Both the position numbers and the translations under genes were made by a program. A stretch of DNA of 64,000 nucleotides, taken from assembly GCA_037447605.1 (NCBI GenBank), contig CM074804.1:1054001-1118000 (forward strand). Reading direction: 5' to 3'. Below are positions 57,101-64,000 of the stretch, one piece after another. The notes beneath the pieces were generated by a model. The model made no database searches and was not told the origin of the DNA. It saw only the letters and a program-made list of their open reading frames with translations. The stretch is from Zygnema circumcarinatum SAG 698-1b. Its lineage: Eukaryota; Plantae; Zygnematophyceae. How positions within the stretch are numbered: position 1 is the stretch's first letter; the number at the start of each line of letters is the position of its first letter.

Positions 57101-59530
57101 GAGGGAGAAAGGTGAGTGAGAGAGAGAGAAAGAGAGAGAAAAAAGGAAATAAACGAAATAAGACGAAGAAATGCTCGAGCATGGTCCCCCACAAACCTCC
57201 AAAACAAGGCTCTCTGTAAAACCATAAGCAAGCTCAAGAAGCCCACCAAAACTCAGTAATATTTAACGCTACAGGCCTAGTATAGCATTGAGTATTTCAT
57301 TAACATGACTTTATTTCAATAGTTCTTCATGCGGCGGTTCATTATGTCAATAGTACTTCATCAGCGATTCATTATTTTACCTGCCCTTCTCTCAGACTGC
57401 AGAAGTTTCCCAACGCCGCTATGAGAGCGGGCCTGTTGCTGACCACCCACACCTCCTCTCCCACCTCGCGGTGAAGGTGACGGTCCACAACGGACTGTAA
57501 CTGAACCTGTACAGAAAACATAAATCCATGGAAACAGTCAAATTCGTTACTACTTCAATGAGCTCAAAAGGTCGAAGAAGACATTCATGCATGAGAACGA
57601 CGTTTGAAGAGTATCTAAGCATGGCGAACAGCTTTGTTAGGTAAAAAAAAAGTTTTTCTTCAGGAGTAGGGGCCAAAGACTGCCAACCCTACTTAAACCT
57701 CTCAAAAGAAAATAAAGGAAATAAGAAAAAAGAAACGAAGAGCTAAACAGCTTCATGATATTGAACCGCGTATCAACATTTTCAGTGCATGGGGGGATGG
57801 AGGCATACATGGAGCATGTTCGGATGGCTATCCAGAGAAAAGTTGAGGTTGTTAATTCCCTGAATTTGATCCATCAAATTGCTCACGTGGGACTTCGTTC
57901 CTGTTGCCAAACAAGCATTGAGATAATGAGCGGGAGAGGGGAAGGCGAGAGCGGGGGCGCAAGTAGGAGAGAAAGAGGAAAAAAAGGAATGGAAAGGGGA
58001 GAGAGGGAAGGAGATGGAAGAGGAATAGAGGAATGGAAGAAAGGGAGAGGGGGAACGGGAAAGGGGGGGAGGAGGGGCAAGGAGTGAGCGAGAGGGAGAG
58101 AACGAGGCACAAAAAACGGGACATAGGATGAGAGAAAAGACGCAGACGGGAGGGCAAATAGAGAGAAGTTTAGATGGGTAGACGGAGAGAAGAAAATACA
58201 GAGGGGAGAAATGAGTGAAAAAGAAAGGAAAGGACAAAGCGGGACAGAGCAGTGAGAGCAGCACACCTAAAGTCGCAGTAGAGCTCCCTCCGTTTCTTCC
58301 AAAAACGTTGTTAGCAAATTGGAGGCTGACAGCCGATCCAAGAAGAGTCTCAATCTGGCTAAATAGTGGGCTTACATCAAGAACCTGCATGAAGTAATAA
58401 TCGAATTCAATTTCAGTTAATGATGTTCAATAGCTAAAATGCCACCTACATCGCTTTGATGCATGCTCAAAGTCCTAAAACCCTTGGTTGGAAGATAGCC
58501 AAGTTCCTCAACTCAACCAAAAATGAAGTCCTTACTATTCAAGAAAAATTCCTTTTCCATTCTGATCCTCACCTTATATGCACTTTTCTCGGATTGAAGA
58601 GGAGCCATTTCCAAAAGTCCTGCCGCAGTCAGAGATGAGAATGTTCTGGTCTGCATTGAAATAAGCAAAAGCACAGTATTGATATAAATAATAACAATAA
58701 TTGGTCTCAGTGATTTCAGCAATTGTCTGAACGAAAGTTAGAAAACGAGTCTCAAGAGTAGCCCCTATACATACCACAATAGAAACTATCTTCCGTACTT
58801 GAAAAAAGGGAAAAATAACAAAATGGAATACGAGTCTCTAGACTCTTAATCATATAGATCGCAATAAAGATTACAAATCTAGACAATTTAATAAAGAAGT
58901 GTAGACACAGACAGACAGGTTTAAGGGATAGCGATTCGGAGCGGCAGATATGTTGACATGCATTCTCACCCTCCTGAGTTTGATCACTATCTTGAGACAC
59001 TTGTTGGAAGGAGGAAGCGGGGGACCGGCTGCTCCCGCAGAACCCGCCAATGTGAGTCTTGATCCGCTGCTCGCAGAGACATCATTCCATGCAGTCGAGG
59101 GGGTGGAGGGAGGTAATGGGATGAGAGAGGGAGAGGGGTTGCGAGGGAGGGACAAAGGGGGAAAGAGAGGGAGGGGGAGCATAGTAAAGGGCGAGAGGAG
59201 AGAAAGCAAGGTTGGATAGGGAGTGAGGGAACAAGAGATAGGACGACGGTAGTGGGATGAAGGAAATAGGTGAAGGGGAGAGAGAGAAGAGAAGGAAGAT
59301 ACAAGAGCCGAAGATAGAGGGATGTAAGAGCTAGAAGGATCGCAACAGGAGGAACGGAGAGTATGGGAGAAGGCGAGACGGAAGAGACTAAAGAGGACTA
59401 GCATTCTATGTGGGTGACTTCCCCCTTCTCCCATTTTCCCACTACGTTGACATATACGCTCACCAGCATGTAGACAGACACAGCAATTCAAACCACTGCA
59501 GGCGGCGGTAGTGGTTCATGTTCATCCCTC
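54177..59530 (-). CDS. Multi-exon coiled-coil protein of unknown function
   Basis: The 3' exons are in frame: 54177..54308, 54413..54499, 54663..54776, 54951..55103, 55350..55433, 55636..55788, 55944..56165, 56494(or 56488)..56613, 56778..56871. They encode E/Q/L/A heptad-rich helices (LEAERARYAEKAEKLERQLAAVHLEKNAALNHITELENALEQL). Upstream exon candidates near 57030, 57400, 57800, 58300, 58600, 59000 and 59480 could not all be phased; the start is unresolved. Confidence 0.65.
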
Positions 59531-60850
59531 AGTACCCACTTCCTGCTTCCAACCAAATGGAACGAGAGAATTGTAAGAACAAAGAAACGAAAAGTAAAAA
59601 GGACAGAGTGGGGAAAGAGGAAGTACATGGGGAAGGGGGAGAAGGCGGAAGCTAGGGAGTTGAATAATGAAGGGGGCGAGGAAGAAAAGAAGAGAGGAAA
59701 AGGGAGGGGAAAGGGGGGGAGAAAGGAAGGGCGGCCGCAAGCGAAACAAGGGGAAGAGCGAGATAGTGGGAGAAAACGAGAGAAGGAAAGTCTTAAGGAA
59801 TGATCGAGTGAGAAAAAAGAAGAAAGAGGAGTCAAGAGGGAAACACCAGGAGAGAGAAGGACGAGGGCAAGGAGGAGAACATAGTAGTGGCAGGTGGGGA
59901 GAGAGTGAAGGACGAGGGCAAGGAGGAGAACACAGTAGTGGCAGGTGGAGAGGGAAGAGAGAGTGGAGACGGAAGCGAGGAATGTGACGACGAGACAGGG
60001 AGTGGCATTGCGGGAGAAGGAGCAAGAGAAATGGGTGGAGAAATTAGCGAGACAGAGATGAGGAGGCTCAGAAGAGATGAAGGGGAAAAACTTGAGCCGG
60101 TCAAGGTGGAACTTCTGGCTCAATTGTACTCATGACTGCTAACAGGCACACAAGGGAGAGAGAGAAAGCTGCATAATGCTCGTACTTAGACGAACAATTC
60201 ATCAGTTCTACGCATATGAGAGGCATATGGAGGAGCACTTCGTGACATACAGTTACCATTAAGTCCTAAAGAACAAACGGACAAAGATGCGGCACCAGTC
60301 CGCAAACCCTAACTTCATGATGAGAACCTAAAATACCTTCAAAAGCACTTCAAGCTCCGCTCTCCAGCTCTTTCGCTACCGCCCCTTAAAGTTGAGCAAG
60401 GGAACCACGCAACCCCCCCCCTCTCTCTGTCTCTCTCACTCCCTACCCCTCTCTCTGCGCACCTCAAACGCTACAACTCTTCACACGTGCCATCTCCCCT
60501 TTAACTCTCTCTCTCTCTCCCTCTCCCTCTCTCCCACTCCCTTCCCTCCCCCTCCCCCTCCCCCTCCCCCTCACCCCAAAATCTGCACCTAATCCAAATC
60601 AGATTCAAGCCTGCAAATGTCCCCCCATAGATCCCCCTCCAAGGTCCCCCCTTTCCCTGCCAACTCACCCGCGTGCCCGCCACGTGTCCGGCGCCGCCTC
60701 CATGGCCCCTACGTGCGGCCCCCTCTCCCTCCCTCCAACCCTAAAAGGCGGGCGCGATCCCGAGCAGGGCCCTCCTGGCCACAGACCGACAGCCCCTGGG
60801 GCCGCACATACTCCCGCACGTGCATACGGTGATGTAACGGCCGCAGATGC

Positions 60851-61015
60851 AGATCGGACGGTGAGGGATGGCCGCGGGGATGTTGGGCATGAGGCGGAGG
60901 ATGTGGGGGAAGGGGGGCCGAGATCGGACGGTAGAGGATGGAGGAAGGGAGGCTGATGTGGAAGATCGGGCGGTGAGAATGGAGAAAGAAAGGCTGACGT
61001 CGAGAATCGGACGGC
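60851..61015 (+). repeat. Four copies of an (A/G)ATCGGACGG(T/C) motif in intergenic DNA
   Basis: Copies at about 60851, 60921, 60963 (one mismatch) and 61004, separated by purine-rich spacers. Confidence 0.55.
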
Positions 61016-61466
61016 TGAGAAGGGCAGGATGTATGGGATGTAGGGAGTGTAACGGTCATGTCGGATATTGTACGGTTTTATTGCCCGTACGCTGCCGTAC
61101 AGCATGTGCATCCGGACATCGTAATGGCTGAGAGGGGCGATGGATCTGGCATTGATCTCAGATGTCGGTGCCATCAACAGCACACAGACATGCATGCCAT
61201 GGGGAACAACGAAGAACAGCTGAACGGAAATGAACGGAACTGCGTGAACTGCGCATCCGTTTCGTTCTGTTATCGTGACAGGGAACGCTGCCATAGGCAC
61301 CCCATCCGTACGGATTTGTCCGTTGACCTGGTGGCGTACGAAACTCGTACGAATAACGACAATGAAAAAGCCGCGTTCAGACATCAGACGAGCCCTCTGT
61401 GGGTTGCCGTACGGCCCTGGCCGTACGGGGGCCTCTGCATGTACGAACTGTACGGCTTAAGATAAG

Positions 61467-62369
61467 GGGTAACTCTACTGCACCCCCGCGTTTTGTCTTT
61501 CGCACCCCCGTTTTGAAAATTTTGCCTGCCCGTTTTGGTTAACCCCCCAGTTTTGAATATTTCGGTAAAAAATCTTTTTCCCGCCCCTTTCGTCCCCTCC
61601 GCTGCCCCCCCTCGAACCATTGCGGTTGCAAAACCCTCACCCGGTTATGAAGGAACGAGGTCGACCTTCTGGCGCGCGCAATTCGGCAATCAGCCGGGAC
61701 AAGAGCTATTTCGAGTACGTTGAAGGGAAAAAATGTTCCAATTGCAAACAAGCAGGCCACAATTTAAGATCTTGCCTTAATTAGGGGTAACCTGAAAACA
61801 AAGAGTAACAGTTGCCCAACATTGGTGACCTTTGCAGGGTTGTTTAAGGTTGCGTTTTTGTACTTAAGCTTAGTTTAATTTAGTTTTTTGTTCCTAGTTT
61901 TTTTATTTTGTGCTTGTTTCATTTGCGACTAATTTCTTGTGGTTCCTATGTTGACTTTGTCCATGTTTATTTGATGGCCTCACCATCTTGAGACCAATGC
62001 AAATCCCCTTTTCTTTTGTCGCACATTGTTGGAAGTCAATAGTGAAAAGGAGAAAACGAGGGGATGGAATGTCCAAAAAATGATGAGGAGGGGGAATGAA
62101 ACAAACAGGCTTCCTATAAAGTTCGAACTCGGCACATCCCGGTACCAACCCATAAACACTACCGTTAAAGGGCAACCGTGGATATAAACGAACGACCATA
62201 CATTTAATTTTATAGCGTTTCGCAACAGGGGCCAGCGGAGGGGACGAAAGGGGCGGGAAAAAGATTTTTTCCCGAAATATTCAAAACTGGGGGGTAACCA
62301 AAACGGGCAGGCAAAATTTTCAAAACGGGGGTGCGAAAGACAAAACGCGGGGGTGCAGTAGAGTTACCC
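61467..62369 (+). mobile_element. Mutator-like (MULE) internal-deletion derivative, 903 bp
   Basis: About 140-bp near-identical TIRs starting GGGTAACTCTACTGCACCCCCGCG; flanking direct repeat AAGATAAG(G) (61459-61466 and 62370-62377, 8-9 bp); internal transposase C-terminal fragment. Confidence 0.88.
61623..61784 (+). pseudogene. MULE transposase C-terminal remnant with a CCHC zinc knuckle
   Basis: This frame is not in the ORF track: RLQNPHPVMKERGRPSGARNSAISRDKSYFEYVEGKKCSNCKQAGHNLRSCLN*. A GRP motif followed by CX2CX4HX4C is typical of MuDRA-like C-termini. Confidence 0.75.
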
Positions 62370-62547
62370 AAGATAAGGGCGTACTGTACTTTTTGTCAGG
62401 CGCGCACTTTTGCAGCGCCGTACGGACGGATTCGTCAGGGCAAGCGAGCGAGAGGGGGGGAGAGAGGGGGAGGGAGAGGGAGAGAGGGAGAGAGGGAGAG
62501 AGGGAGAGAGGGCGAGAGGGAGAGAGAGAGAGGGAGAGGGAGAGAGA

Positions 62548-63796
62548 ATGGCGTCTGTGGCCTCGTGCGAGGCGTCACTGCTGCCTGTTGCCCGCTTGAT
62601 CCATCGCGGGAAGCCTAAGTCCTGCCGCCGCCTTTCAGTCAAACCCTGTGCTCTCAAGTCTTCTCAAATCAGTCTGCGGACGAGCGACACAGGTCGGTGC
62701 ATTGCCGTGATCACAATGCAATGCAGGACAGTGTGGGAATTCAAACTGAATAATCCGTTAAAATATTCAATCTCTTTTTCTCAAATTTTTATTCAGCATT
62801 TTTCCTTTCCTACATGATTGAATTTCCTTCTATGAGTAGCGACAAATCTGCCACATTACTTTGTCTGACCGATGGTGTTGCAAGTTTTTTTTCATATTCT
62901 CTCCCCGCCATTTCACTTTGCATCTCTCTCTCTCTCTCTCTCCTTCCCTCCATCCCTCGTTCTCCTACTCTCTCTCGTTTTCCATACAATTTTTTTCAGC
63001 TAGAATAATACACTATTTCTGTTTCAATTATGATCCGTGTTGCAGGAAGAAGTATTCACAAGAATGAGCTTTCCAAGTACAGAAGAGACATTGTGAGAGC
63101 AAACGCAGCGAGAACTGACAATGTGAAAACGTGCGTACTTTTTGGTCATGTCCCATTGATCTTGTCTCATCTCAAGAAACAGCAGAAGGCAAATAATATA
63201 AAATAATATAATATCAAAGCATTCACTTCCAGAATCAGGCTCTTAAAAATATACGATTCATGTATTAAGGGTGTTTTTGCTTTACTGGTTTTCACGTTAC
63301 TCCTAGGTCTGTAAGTTGCAAACATTCCATCATTTGTTAAGTTTTACAGCCCCTTGCGGCCTTGCAGGTTTTAAAAGCGTTTGATGGGCATGCTTCGTAG
63401 GGTTATTAGTGTTGTGTTGTTGAACCTTCAGGGCATTAAAATTTCAGAATTATCGGCATTTAGATTTTACATACTTTATTTTATTCAGGATTTTATATAT
63501 TTTATGAGGCTTTTCTGTTTAATTTTGCTTAATTCAAACGTCAACGTGAAGGCCATCGTGCGTTGTCACGAAACTTTGCAGTTAGGCTTTATTTATCTAA
63601 CTGGCATTGAATTCAGAATTGTTCCGTTCTATCCCATCCAACCTAATTGAGATAAATGATTTAGGTTTTGAGTACTTTCACCTGTGTTTTCATATGTGAT
63701 GGCAGTGGAACTACAGCCCCACCCGTTGAGGAGAAGAAAGCAGTGGTTGTAAAAAGGGCGAGATGGAGTACTCCGACATGGCTGCGCCTTCCGCGG
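62548..63796 (+). CDS. 5' exons of a probably plastid-targeted protein; the gene continues beyond the window
   Basis: join(62548..62692,63046..63130,63706..63796), phase-consistent GT-AG. MASVASCEASLLPVARL.. is a Ser/Arg-rich transit-like sequence; exon 3 ends KRARWSTPTWLRLPR. Family not recognised. Confidence 0.65.
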
Positions 63797-64000
63797 GTGA
63801 GACTTAAACCCTAAAATTCTTAGTTACCCAAACAAACTCCTTCAAAACCTGAAATTCCAAAACCCAGATTTGTCAGGAACAAACTCAAGCTTCTATAGTC
63901 ACTGATTTAAGCGGAGCTGCGAATTCGGCCGAGTTACCCTTTTGGCTTTCCCTCTCCACTCGTTCATTCGTTGCCCCACTTTTGCTCAACGTGCCCTTTT

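Noticed and set aside
61903-62225. Minus-strand ORFs inside the MULE as a mudrB-like or captured gene
   Set aside because: No recognisable similarity; more simply the 3' untranslated part of the transposase gene.

Overview
Gene-dense, intron-rich eukaryotic nuclear DNA from the green lineage. Land-plant-like genes with plastid transit peptides, telo-boxes, G-boxes and (GA)n/(CT)n-laden introns suggest a streptophyte alga or early-diverging plant; the species cannot be determined from the sequence. It is a draft assembly with three N gaps (7326-7335, 46220-46229, 50986-51085). I rebuilt splice models by hand for about 14 genes: an IFI44-like P-loop NTPase (-, runs off the left edge), LPA2 (+), an F-box/WD40 protein (-), a SAUL1/PUB44-like U-box/ARM E3 ligase (+), a KUP/HAK/KT K+ transporter (-), a GH85 ENGase (+), TatA/Tha4 (+), cytochrome b5 (-), a DHRS7-like SDR (+), CIA1 (-), a small 2-TM plastid protein (-), an orphan repeat-built gene (+), a coiled-coil protein (-) and a plastid-targeted gene that runs off the right edge (+). 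The intergenic DNA holds a nest of non-autonomous DNA transposons (two TAA-flanked Tourist-like elements inside a TA-flanked element), a Mutator deletion derivative that keeps the transposase zinc knuckle, a 120-nt G.U-rich hairpin and several palindromic repeat families. A 2056-bp direct duplication across a 10-N gap is most likely an assembly artefact. Homology calls rest on recalled family motifs; no searches were run.
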